Source: Patescibacteria group bacterium (GTDB lineage Bacteria; Patescibacteriota; Patescibacteriia; Patescibacteriales; WJLG01). From it: 64,000 nucleotides of DNA. Position numbers and translations under genes: made by a program. Of this stretch, positions 31,735-40,601 are shown one piece after another; the first letter of the stretch is position 1; each line of letters begins with the position of its first letter. The DNA lies in contig JBAZHE010000002.1 in assembly GCA_041652555.1 (NCBI GenBank), positions 13,409 through 77,408 on the forward strand, read 5' to 3'. Below the pieces are notes generated by a model. It worked only from the letters and a program-made list of their open reading frames with translations. It had not been told where the DNA came from and searched no databases.

Positions 31735-31881
31735 AAAGAACAACACAAGTTTTTGTTTGAAAATTTATTTCATAAAATTAATTTTCAAATAAACCCTGGT
31801 GGGTTTGAAGGGCGCAAGTCCTTAAATAGCTGGCACATTACAATTAGTATCCACACTTCCAACTTAGAAAAGGAGGCGCAT

Positions 31882-33936
31882 ATGCGCTCCAAGTCATTAG
31901 TAGTTTTTCTGTTTTTTCTGGTTATGCTCGTAATTTTTAGTTGCGACAAAAGCCCTGTATCGCCATCATCGGAAGATGAACGTATTTTTTCCGGTGATCC
32001 ATTAATCGTTGAAGTTGAAAAAGAACCGGTTGATGGTAAAGTCGGAATCAGCTTTTATCTCACTTCTGAAAGTTTTGACTCGGTGAACACCAAGACAGAG
32101 CTTGTTGGATTTGATGACGGCAGGTTACAGGGGTCATATATCTCAAAAGACAATCGTTTGTTCTTTTGGGTTGAAGTGTCCCCCGGAATTTACGTCTTCA
32201 GCTTTAACGGAGATAAAGATGATCCCAAGGAATCAATCATTAGTTCGGATTCATTTTGGGTTCCGGAAATCGGCAAATTTGCTATCAAAGTTACCAAGGA
32301 TTACAAAGTTGTAAAGGCTTCATTAAGTGAAGTTTTGCATCTTGGCAAGGATACTGAGGTTGCAGATTCGGTTGATTCAGTGATCGTGGTTAAGGAAAAT
32401 AGCGACGGCAAGGTGATTATCAAAATCGTTAAGGAAAACGATACGATATTTGATACGGTTACCGTCTCAAAATCAAAGGGCACGATTGTTCTTCTGGGTG
32501 ATTCGGTTATTTATAAAAAACCGTCAAATCCATCCAGCCTAGGTTATGACACGATTAGGTTGTTGCCACCGCAAAGCATTGTTGATTATAACAATGTAGT
32601 CAGGAGTGTTTCATTTGAGGCGGTAACTGTAAATGGGGAAAAGAAGTTTAAAGAGAAGGTTACCATTGACTCTGTTTTGGTAAGAAAGATAAAAGATAAG
32701 GTTTTTAAACCTTTTGCAATCGGTCTGCCAAATTGGAAAGCTTGGAGTAACCTCGGGGTAATAGATTCTAGTACTGGTCGCTATCCATTTACCACTGAAC
32801 CGATGTCGCCAGGACTAATTACCTTTTGTGTTGGTGGCAACTATCAAGATAACTGGGCGGATTCTTCGAAACTAAAAAAGTCCGCTTGGGGTTTTAAAAC
32901 CAAGGATGGTTGGATAATGGCCGGTTGGTTATTTCCCGATGGAAGATTTGTAGCCTGGTCGCTTGTTGACACGACTACGGCAACAGTTAAAGACAGTGTA
33001 AAAATTGATACTGTTGTTATTCATGACACAATCGTTGATTATGACACAACGGTTGTCCGAGATACGATTGTGAAACAAGGTAAAATAATCATTCTTCGGG
33101 ACAGTGTAATTATCATCAGAACAAGAGTGGATACACTTTTAAAGGTGGACACTTTACATGATGTTGATACAATCACTGTTAACGACACGACGGTTATAAA
33201 AGATACTATTATTATCAGGGATACCGTTGTTGTCCGAGATACGATTGTGAAGCAGGGTGATACGATTATATTCCGGGACAGTGTGATTATTATCAGAACA
33301 AGAGTGGACACACTTTTAAATGTGGACACTTTGCATAATAGGGATACGATGTTCGTGTATGATCTTGGGGTGGAAGATGTAGATACAGCCTTTATTGTTA
33401 TTAGTACTTTTAAGGTTGCTGCGGTAGGGGAGATTGTTGTAAAAGATTCCTTTTATATAAAATGGAATTTTCACAACTTTTTAAATGTTGTGAACAAAGA
33501 TTCCTCCTATTTAAGAGATACTATATCTATTTTCCGCGATACAACAGAAATAGATCGTGACACGAATGACCTGGTTCTGGTATTTAAATCGGCAACGGCA
33601 GTAGGAGATAGCTTTGATGTTAAATTTAAAGTTGTCTCAATAGTCGTGCCTGATGATCGTAGTTTTATCAGTGCCATGGGCTTCAAGGGCACGGGAGTTA
33701 TTCAAAGCGACACGATAAATTCCACTTCCAAATCCGACGGGTATTTCAATTTTTCCGTACGGATAAAGAAGGGGACGAAATATCGTATAAATTTCCGTTC
33801 CGGAACTGCCTGGGCTGAACAAGTTGTTTTACGACAGTCCAAATTCGTTTTTGTAGAGGGAACCAGTGTTGATCTGGCAGTTTCCCTTAATAATGACGCT
33901 ACCGGTTTTGATTACGCCTCGCCAGCGGCGCAGTAA
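31882..33936 (+). CDS. hypothetical lipoprotein-like surface protein with internal Asp/Thr/Ile-rich tandem repeats (start moved to the ATG with a perfect SD; the track start at 31753 is an alternative)
   Basis: AAGGAGG SD 6 nt upstream of ATG 31882. Signal peptide with lipobox-like VIFSC. Repeats VRDTIVKQG..I..RDSVIIIRTRVDTLL.VDTLH. Confidence 0.5.
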   Translation: MRSKSLVVFLFFLVMLVIFSCDKSPVSPSSEDERIFSGDPLIVEVEKEPVDGKVGISFYLTSESFDSVNTKTELVGFDDGRLQGSYISKDNRLFFWVEVSPGIYVFSFNGDKDDPKESIISSDSFWVPEIGKFAIKVTKDYKVVKASLSEVLHLGKDTEVADSVDSVIVVKENSDGKVIIKIVKENDTIFDTVTVSKSKGTIVLLGDSVIYKKPSNPSSLGYDTIRLLPPQSIVDYNNVVRSVSFEAVTVNGEKKFKEKVTIDSVLVRKIKDKVFKPFAIGLPNWKAWSNLGVIDSSTGRYPFTTEPMSPGLITFCVGGNYQDNWADSSKLKKSAWGFKTKDGWIMAGWLFPDGRFVAWSLVDTTTATVKDSVKIDTVVIHDTIVDYDTTVVRDTIVKQGKIIILRDSVIIIRTRVDTLLKVDTLHDVDTITVNDTTVIKDTIIIRDTVVVRDTIVKQGDTIIFRDSVIIIRTRVDTLLNVDTLHNRDTMFVYDLGVEDVDTAFIVISTFKVAAVGEIVVKDSFYIKWNFHNFLNVVNKDSSYLRDTISIFRDTTEIDRDTNDLVLVFKSATAVGDSFDVKFKVVSIVVPDDRSFISAMGFKGTGVIQSDTINSTSKSDGYFNFSVRIKKGTKYRINFRSGTAWAEQVVLRQSKFVFVEGTSVDLAVSLNNDATGFDYASPAAQ
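33051..33347 (+). repeat. intragenic direct repeat (two roughly 120-bp copies, about 90% identical, period about 177 bp) inside the 31882-33936 CDS
   Basis: Copy 1 at 33051-33170 and copy 2 at 33228-33347 (GTTGTCCGAGATACGATTGTGAARCARGG ... GTGGACACTTTRCAT). Confidence 0.55.
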
Positions 33937-33963
33937 GATTCGTAGTGTTATAGTACATTTTTT

Positions 33964-34008
33964 TAGGCCCTCGTTCATAAGTTTTGAACGGGGCCTTTTT
34001 CTTTTTTG
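33964..34008 (+). terminator. rho-independent terminator
   Basis: AGGCCCTCGTTCA-TAAGTTTT-GAACGGGGCCT followed by TTTTTCTTTTTT. Confidence 0.7.
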
Positions 34009-34043
34009 TTTACTTTTTTTCTTTATTTTGCTAGATTAAGTGT

Positions 34044-34397
34044 ATGATTTTATCTATTAATACTACTAATAATTCTTTTATAGAAATTAGCCTGAAAAAG
34101 GCTGGTGAGGTTTTGGTTGTTGAAAAGATTGCTGTTGATCGGACGCAGGCGGAAAAACTTTTGCCGGCGATTGAGAAAATTTTAAAAAAGCAAAAAATAA
34201 AGTTAAAGGATTTGGAGAAGATTGAGGTGGAAAATAGGGGAGGAAGCTTTACTTCTTTGCGTATTGGAGTGGCGACAGCCAATGCTTTGGGTTTTTCCTT
34301 AGGAATTCCGGTTGTTGGTGCCGACGGTGAAAGTAAAGAAATTGACGGAATTAGTATTGTTGAGCCGGAGTATAGTGGGGAGCCGGACATCAAGTGA
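34044..34397 (+). CDS. tsaB: tRNA t6A37 threonylcarbamoyltransferase complex dimerisation subunit TsaB/YeaZ, short form (117 aa, N-terminal half only)
   Basis: GSFTSLRIGVATANALGFSLGIPVVG matches the YeaZ N-terminal lobe. Roughly half the length of E. coli TsaB. Confidence 0.55.
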   Translation: MILSINTTNNSFIEISLKKAGEVLVVEKIAVDRTQAEKLLPAIEKILKKQKIKLKDLEKIEVENRGGSFTSLRIGVATANALGFSLGIPVVGADGESKEIDGISIVEPEYSGEPDIK

Positions 34398-34519
34398 AAT
34401 AGGGTTGTGGACTAACTGTTTATAACCCTTGTCCGCATTAACAATCGGTTGAGGCCGGTTGTTTTTATTTTGGCTAATATTATTTGGTTGAGGTTTGTAT
34501 TGTTTTTGGTGAAGAATGT

Positions 34520-34548
34520 TTGACAGTGGTGGATTGGTGGTGTATAAT
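34520..34548 (+). promoter_or_regulatory. consensus sigma70 promoter of the dcw cluster (TTGACA-17-TATAAT) carrying GTGGTG direct repeats
   Basis: TTGACA at 34520-34525, 17-nt spacer, TATAAT at 34543-34548. GTGGTG at 34526, 34537, 34558 and 34568 (about 10-11 bp phasing) resembles MraZ-box direct repeats. Confidence 0.6.
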
Positions 34549-34585
34549 ATAAGTATAGTGGTGAAAAGTGGTGAATATAAAATAT

Positions 34586-35017
34586 ATGTTTATCGGCGAA
34601 TATCAGCACAACCTAGATAACAAAGGGCGCTTGGCTGTTCCAGCTAAGTTTCGTCAGTTGTTAGCCAAAGGAGCGGTGGTTACCAAAGGACTGGATAACT
34701 GCCTTTTTCTGTATCCTAAGACAAAATGGGAAGAAATGGCCCAGAAATTCGCCAACTTACCTATTAGTCAGGCTAAAGCGCGTGCTTTTGCTCGTCATAT
34801 GTTAGCCGGAGCGATGCCAGTTGAATTTGATAGCCAAGGTCGTATAAATTTACCAGAATATTTGCGTAAATTTGCTGGTTTAAAAAAACAAGCAATAATT
34901 GCCGGTTTGTTTGACCGTTTGGAAATTTGGGATGAAACAGCTTGGAATAAATATAAAGCCGGAACAGAAAAGGATTCTGGTGAAATTGCTGAAGCTTTGG
35001 GAGAAATGGGGGTATAA
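34586..35017 (+). CDS. mraZ: transcriptional regulator MraZ
   Basis: MFIGEYQHNLDNKGRLAVPAKFRQ and duplicated DxxxR-type halves. First gene of the dcw cluster. Confidence 0.85.
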   Translation: MFIGEYQHNLDNKGRLAVPAKFRQLLAKGAVVTKGLDNCLFLYPKTKWEEMAQKFANLPISQAKARAFARHMLAGAMPVEFDSQGRINLPEYLRKFAGLKKQAIIAGLFDRLEIWDETAWNKYKAGTEKDSGEIAEALGEMGV

Positions 35018-35035
35018 ATTTGAAATATTGAAATT

Positions 35036-35971
35036 ATGGAATATAAGCACGTAAGCGTAATGCTCGAGGAAGTCTTGAATTTTTTACAACCAAAAAGTGG
35101 CGGGTATTATATTGATTGCACTTTGGGTGGCGCTGGTTATACGCAAGCTATTTCTAAAATTGCCGGAGAAAATGGCCACGTTTTAGCAACTGATCTTGAT
35201 CCGGAAGCGATTGCTAATGCTCGTAAAAAAGATTTAAAGAATGTTGTTTTTGCCCAAGGAAGTTTTGGTGATTTAGCAGAAATTGTGAAAAATAATTTTC
35301 CGGTTGATACTTTTTTTGATGGCGTAGTAATGGACTTGGGTTTGTCTTCGGCGCAGTTAGATGATGAAAAAAGAGGATTTTCATTTTTAAACTCAGGCCC
35401 TTTGGATATGTCTTTCGATGGTCGAGGAGCAGAAAATTCTACAGCGTGTATAGTTAATGATTATAAAGAAGATAAATTAACTGATATTATTCGGCGTTAT
35501 GGTGAAGAAAAATTTGCTTTCAGAATTGCTAAAAAAATAATTGAAGAAAGAAAAAAAGAACCGATAACCGATAGCGCGCGTTTAGCCAAAATCATTGCCG
35601 CGGCGATGCCCTCTTTAACAAGGAGAGAGGGGATCCACCCGGCAACGAGAACTTTTCAGGCTTTGCGAATTGAAACCAATCGTGAATTAGAGGCTCTAGA
35701 AAAAGTTTTGCCAGCCGCTTTAGCTTTGTTAAAGAAAAATGGTCGCCTGGTTGTTGTTTCTTTCCATAGCTTAGAAGATAGAATAGTAAAGAATTTTTTT
35801 AAAAAAGAGAGCGTGGATTGTCTTTGTCCACCAATACTGCCGGTTTGTTGCTGTCATCATCAGGCATCTTTAAAAATTTTGACTAAAAAACCGGTGGAAG
35901 CGAGTGAAAAAGAAATCGTTGCCAATCCACGTTCTCGTAGCGCAAAATTACGCGTTGCCGAAAAAATTTAG
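35036..35971 (+). CDS. rsmH: 16S rRNA (cytosine1402-N4)-methyltransferase RsmH (MraW)
   Basis: SAM-binding YIDCTLGGAGY and the conserved Cys-rich C-terminal region. Follows mraZ. Confidence 0.9.
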   Translation: MEYKHVSVMLEEVLNFLQPKSGGYYIDCTLGGAGYTQAISKIAGENGHVLATDLDPEAIANARKKDLKNVVFAQGSFGDLAEIVKNNFPVDTFFDGVVMDLGLSSAQLDDEKRGFSFLNSGPLDMSFDGRGAENSTACIVNDYKEDKLTDIIRRYGEEKFAFRIAKKIIEERKKEPITDSARLAKIIAAAMPSLTRREGIHPATRTFQALRIETNRELEALEKVLPAALALLKKNGRLVVVSFHSLEDRIVKNFFKKESVDCLCPPILPVCCCHHQASLKILTKKPVEASEKEIVANPRSRSAKLRVAEKI

Positions 35972-36005
35972 GATTTAAAATAAAAACAAAAATAAAATAA
36001 ACAAT

Positions 36006-36347
36006 ATGACCGAAACTGTTAAAGGCGTGTATTGTGCGCCGCCCAAAGAAAAACATAATTTCAAAATAAATATTAAAGCGGCCAATTGTTTACTATGTTT
36101 AATTGTGGCCGTGGTTGGTGTGTATTATTTAACCACAATCAATGACTTGGTTGTTAAAAGTTTTGTTTTGCAAGGCCTTAAGGAGCGCGGCTCTTTTTTG
36201 GCTGAGGAAAATAAAAATTTCAATAATCAAATTGCCAGCTTAAAGTCGTATAATGAACTGGCTAAAAGAGTGAAAAAGTTAAATATGGTGGCGGCGTCTG
36301 ATGTTCAATATTTGAAAATTAGCAATGATACTTTGGCGTCAAGATAA
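36006..36347 (+). CDS. ftsL: FtsL-like cell division protein (bitopic, coiled coil)
   Basis: Single TM helix plus coiled-coil region. Located between rsmH and ftsI. Confidence 0.5.
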   Translation: MTETVKGVYCAPPKEKHNFKINIKAANCLLCLIVAVVGVYYLTTINDLVVKSFVLQGLKERGSFLAEENKNFNNQIASLKSYNELAKRVKKLNMVAASDVQYLKISNDTLASR

Positions 36348-36371
36348 GAATCCGCTTAATGATAAAAAAGT

Positions 36372-38471
36372 ATGATTTTGGAAAAATGGAGAAAAAAAGA
36401 GCGCGGTTTTCAAAAGAGAGGCAATAATCGCATTAATTTTTTAATCGCGATTGTTTTTTTATTTAGCCTGTTAATCGCCTGCCAACTTTTTTGTCTGCAA
36501 GTCATATCTTACGGTGATTATTCCGCCATGGCTTCTGGTCAGCATGAAGTTGAAAGCAAGCTTTTGCCTGAAAGAGGAGAAATATTTATCCAGGAAAACA
36601 AAAATAGTGAAGAAATTTTTTACCCCTTTGCCATTAACAAGGAGTATGCGCTAATTTATGTCATACCCAACCAGATAAATGATCAGGCGGTTTCGGAAAA
36701 GATTGCTTCGGCTTTATTTGAAGTCTTGGATCGTCCGACGGCGGAAATGGAGGTGGAGAATCTTTTTAAACAGAAAGATCTGGCTGAGTTGAATTATCAA
36801 TTATCCCTTTTGATTGGTTTACCAGCAGAGGAAAGGGCGGTTCGAGAGAAAGAGGTTAGAAAAAATCTTGATATTTTGCATAGCGATAAAACCTGGCGAG
36901 CAACGCAGGCAGATGATAAAAAAACAGAACTGGAGAAAAAGAAGCAAGAAAAAATTTCCGGCTATTATCCGATATTAAACAAAGGCAACGATCCTTATGA
37001 GCCGATACAAAAAAAAGTTGGCGAGGAAGAATTGAAAAAACTTTATGCCATTTTGCTTTCCGGTTCCGGAAAAGATTATAAAACTTCAGATTTTATCTTA
37101 AGAAGCGGAAAAATTTGTTTTGAGCAAGATTCTGTGACCGAAGATTCTTGTGAAGAAGTGATTATACCCGGGATTTCCCAGGAGATGGAATCTTATCGTT
37201 ATTATCCGGAAAATAATATCGGCTCCCATCTTTTAGGCTTTGTCCGTACGGAAAACGGTGAGAATAGCGGTAGCTATGGTTTGGAAGGATTTTTTAATAA
37301 AGAATTATCTGGCGTTTCCGGTTCGCTTAAATCAGAATTTGGCGCGAGAAGAAATATTATAATTTTAAACGGCCGGGAATATGTCGCGCCACAAAATGGC
37401 AAGGATTTAGTTTTAACCATTGATCGCAGTGTGGAATATTTCGCTTGCCAAAAATTGAAAGAAGCGCTAGAACAGGAAGAAGCGGAAAAGGGCGATGTGG
37501 TTATTGTTGATCCTACGACCGGAGCGATCATTGCAATGTGCTCTTTCCCTGATTTTGATCCTAATAATTTCTCTTCGGTGAAAGAAATGTCTTTTTTTAA
37601 TAATCCGGCTATTTTTGAGCAGTATGAACCGGGCTCGGTTTTTAAAGCTGTTACCATGGCCGCGGCCTTGGATGCTGGTAATGTTGTGCCAACTACTATT
37701 TATAACGATACTGGTAGCGTTAAGAAAAAGGGCTGGAATCAACCAATAAAAAATTCTGATTTTGAGACTAAGGGTGCGCATGGTTGGACAGATATGAGTA
37801 AAATTTTAGAATTGTCTTTAAATGTCGGCGCAATTTTTTTACGCGAACAATTAGGTGAAAAACCATTTGTTGAATATGTGAAAAAATTCGGTTTTGGCGA
37901 AAAGACTGGGGTAGAATTGGAGGGCGAGAGTAGTGGTGATATTAGTAATGTGGTACGCAAAAAGCCGGCTGAGATTGATTTGGACACCGCTTCTTTTGGT
38001 CAAGCTATTACAGTGACACCCTTACAGATGGTGATGTCCTACGCCGCTCTGGCTAACGGCGGAGTCTTAATGAAACCTTTTTTGGTTAAGGAAATAATTA
38101 ATGAAGATGGTAGTCGCGACATAACTAAGTCCAATGAGGTGCGTCGTGTTGTCTCGGAAAAAGTCGCTAATTTAACTATTGGAATGTTGATTAATGTTGT
38201 AGAATATGGCCATGCTAAAAAAGCGCAGATTCCAGGGTATTTTATCGGTGGTAAAACAGGCACAGCGCAAATTCCTGATAAAAGTGGCTATTCCAATGAC
38301 ACTATCCATACTTTTATTGCGATTGCGCCGGCAAATGATCCGAAGTTTGTTATTTTAACCAAGATAAATAAGCCGAAAAAATCAGTTTTCGCCGAGACTT
38401 CTGTTGTACCCCTGGCTAAGGAGATAATGGATTTTATGCTAAGATATTATCAAGTACCAAAAGAACGATAA
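36372..38471 (+). CDS. ftsI: penicillin-binding protein (FtsI/PBP2-type class B transpeptidase)
   Basis: N-terminal TM helix; SxxK (GSVFKAV), SxN (SLN) and KTG (GKTGTAQ) motifs. Confidence 0.85.
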   Translation: MILEKWRKKERGFQKRGNNRINFLIAIVFLFSLLIACQLFCLQVISYGDYSAMASGQHEVESKLLPERGEIFIQENKNSEEIFYPFAINKEYALIYVIPNQINDQAVSEKIASALFEVLDRPTAEMEVENLFKQKDLAELNYQLSLLIGLPAEERAVREKEVRKNLDILHSDKTWRATQADDKKTELEKKKQEKISGYYPILNKGNDPYEPIQKKVGEEELKKLYAILLSGSGKDYKTSDFILRSGKICFEQDSVTEDSCEEVIIPGISQEMESYRYYPENNIGSHLLGFVRTENGENSGSYGLEGFFNKELSGVSGSLKSEFGARRNIIILNGREYVAPQNGKDLVLTIDRSVEYFACQKLKEALEQEEAEKGDVVIVDPTTGAIIAMCSFPDFDPNNFSSVKEMSFFNNPAIFEQYEPGSVFKAVTMAAALDAGNVVPTTIYNDTGSVKKKGWNQPIKNSDFETKGAHGWTDMSKILELSLNVGAIFLREQLGEKPFVEYVKKFGFGEKTGVELEGESSGDISNVVRKKPAEIDLDTASFGQAITVTPLQMVMSYAALANGGVLMKPFLVKEIINEDGSRDITKSNEVRRVVSEKVANLTIGMLINVVEYGHAKKAQIPGYFIGGKTGTAQIPDKSGYSNDTIHTFIAIAPANDPKFVILTKINKPKKSVFAETSVVPLAKEIMDFMLRYYQVPKER

Positions 38472-38496
38472 ATTATCAATCTTCAATTATCAATTT
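38472..38496 (-). repeat. copy 3 of the intergenic repeat (reverse orientation) between ftsI and murF
   Basis: Minus strand reads AAATTGATAATTGAAGATTGATAATT. Confidence 0.65.
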
Positions 38497-38507
38497 AAAA
38501 CAAGGCT

Positions 38508-39800
38508 ATGATTAAGAAAATAATTATTTGGAAATTAAAGTTTTTTTCCAGAGCGATTCTAAAAAAGTATCAGCCGAGAGTTATCGGCATAACCGGGTCG
38601 GTTGGGAAGACTAGTGCGCGTGAGGCTATTTTTTGCGTGGTTAAGCAAAAATTTAATTCTCGGCAAAGTGTTAAGAATTATAATAATGAATTTGGTTTGC
38701 CACTGTCTATTATTGGCACTATTAAATCTCCGGGAAAAAATCTTTTTGGCTGGGTAATTGTTTTTTTGTCGGCTCTAGGGTTGATATTATTTAGAGATAA
38801 AAATTATCCAGAAGTTTTAGTTTTAGAAATGGGTGTTGATAAACCTGGTGATATGGATTATCTGAATAGTATTATTGCTTGCGACATTGCAGTGCTTACA
38901 GGTGTTGGCGAATCGCATTTGGAGAATTTTTCTTCTAAAGAAAAACTAGCAATTGAGAAAGGTAAAATTTTTAATAATTTAAAGAAGGGCGGTTGGGCAA
39001 TTTTTAATTTTGATAATGAAAAATCCGTAGCACTTGCAAATGAAGTAAAAAATAAAAAAATTAGTTATAGTTTTGGGAGCGGAACAGAGATGCACGCTGA
39101 TGATTTGATTTTTAAATTTTCTGGTGACAAGAAGGTGGAGAATCTATCCGGATTATCTTTTAGAATTAATTATAGTGGCTCTAGCGTAGTAGTGAATATG
39201 GCAAAAATTGCCGGTAAGCCAGCGGTTTATGCCTCTTTGGCTGCTACCGCTGTTGGTGTAGTCTTGGGACTGGACTTGGAAGATATTGCTTTGTCTTTGG
39301 GTGGTTTAGAGTCCGTAGCTGGACGGATGAAGCTGATTCCTGGAATAAAAAATACGATTATTATTGATGATACTTATAATGCTTCACCTGATTCTTGTTT
39401 GGCGGCTATTGATTTTATTGCGCGAATAGAGACGGACGAGCCGTTTCGTCGTGTAGCTATTTTGGGTGATATGTTGGAACTCGGTTCTTATAGTGAGGCG
39501 GGGCATAGATTAGTTGGTCGAGCTTTGGCTGGAGCTGAATTTGATTTGCTTGTAACTTCTGGAGAAATATCTCGTGACATTAATCGTGGCGCGATAGAGG
39601 CTGGAATGAGTGAGGATAAGGTTTTTAATTTTGCTAATAATTTGGCAGCCGGAAAATTTGCTCAAGACAGAATAAAAAAAGGCGACCTTATTCTAATTAA
39701 AGGCTCACAGGGGGCGCGCATGGAAAAAGTAGTCAAAGAGTTAATGGCCGATCCGCTTTTGGCAGAAAAATTATTATGTAGACAGAGAGATTTTAAATGA
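38508..39800 (+). CDS. murF: UDP-N-acetylmuramoyl-tripeptide--D-alanyl-D-alanine ligase
   Basis: Mur ligase P-loop GITGSVGKTS; C-terminal DDTYNASPDS typical of MurF. Follows ftsI. Confidence 0.8.
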   Translation: MIKKIIIWKLKFFSRAILKKYQPRVIGITGSVGKTSAREAIFCVVKQKFNSRQSVKNYNNEFGLPLSIIGTIKSPGKNLFGWVIVFLSALGLILFRDKNYPEVLVLEMGVDKPGDMDYLNSIIACDIAVLTGVGESHLENFSSKEKLAIEKGKIFNNLKKGGWAIFNFDNEKSVALANEVKNKKISYSFGSGTEMHADDLIFKFSGDKKVENLSGLSFRINYSGSSVVVNMAKIAGKPAVYASLAATAVGVVLGLDLEDIALSLGGLESVAGRMKLIPGIKNTIIIDDTYNASPDSCLAAIDFIARIETDEPFRRVAILGDMLELGSYSEAGHRLVGRALAGAEFDLLVTSGEISRDINRGAIEAGMSEDKVFNFANNLAAGKFAQDRIKKGDLILIKGSQGARMEKVVKELMADPLLAEKLLCRQRDFK

Positions 39801-39832
39801 TAAATGGTAGATGATAAATAAAAAAGCAATTC

Positions 39833-39861
39833 TTGACTATTTATTTTTTTTTGCTTATATT
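39833..39861 (+). promoter_or_regulatory. candidate promoter (TTGACT-17-TATATT) for the nucleotidyltransferase-GT2 pair
   Basis: TTGACT at 39833-39838 and TATATT at 39856-39861. Confidence 0.4.
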
Positions 39862-39869
39862 ATTGTAAT

Positions 39870-40601
39870 ATGAATATGAAAGGGATTATTTTGGCTGGGG
39901 GGCAGGGGACAAGGCTTCGTCCGCTTACCTATGTGACCAATAAACAGCTTTTACCGGTTTATAATAAGCCGATGATTTATTATCCTTTAAACACTCTTTT
40001 AAAGGCTGGGATCAAGAATATTTTGATAATCTCCGGTCCAGATAAAATTGGCGATTTTTCTGATTTATTAGGTTCAGGAAGAAAACTTGGTGCCAAAATT
40101 TCTTATGAAATTCAAGACGAGCCACGTGGCTTGGCTGAGGCTTTTATTCTTGGTGAAGATTTTATTGGTAAGAGTAATGTCGCGATGATTTTGGGAGATA
40201 ATATTTTTGAAGATGATTTTTCCGAAGAATTAAAGAATTTTAAATCAGGAGGGAAGATTTTTTTGAAAAAAGTTTCTGACCCGGAGCGTTTCGGTGTGGC
40301 AGAATTAAATTCTCGCGGTGGAATAAAAAAAATAGTAGAAAAGCCAAAAAAACATATTTCCGATCAGGCGATTACCGGTCTTTATGTTTATGATAGTCGC
40401 TCCGTCGAAATAGCAAAAAATATAAAACCAAGCTCTCGTGGTGAATTAGAAATTGTTGATATTCATAATTGGTATTTAAAAAATAACGAACTTGATTATA
40501 CAAAAGTGAAAGGTAAATGGCTTGACGTTGGAACTTTTGATAGTTTGCTTCAAGCACAAAATTTTGCCAAAGAAAAAATGCAAGGGAAAATGGTGATATG
40601 A
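39870..40601 (+). CDS. sugar-phosphate nucleotidyltransferase (glucose-1-phosphate thymidylyl/uridylyltransferase-like)
   Basis: MKGIILAGGQGTRLRPLTYVTNKQLLPVYNKPMIYYPL signature of RmlA/GalU-type NTP transferases. Confidence 0.7.
   Translation: MNMKGIILAGGQGTRLRPLTYVTNKQLLPVYNKPMIYYPLNTLLKAGIKNILIISGPDKIGDFSDLLGSGRKLGAKISYEIQDEPRGLAEAFILGEDFIGKSNVAMILGDNIFEDDFSEELKNFKSGGKIFLKKVSDPERFGVAELNSRGGIKKIVEKPKKHISDQAITGLYVYDSRSVEIAKNIKPSSRGELEIVDIHNWYLKNNELDYTKVKGKWLDVGTFDSLLQAQNFAKEKMQGKMVI

Noticed and set aside
31829-31846. TGGCAC-N5 sequence resembling a sigma54 -24 element upstream of the 31882 gene
   Set aside because: No TTGC -12 element at the required spacing (AATT instead); likely coincidental.
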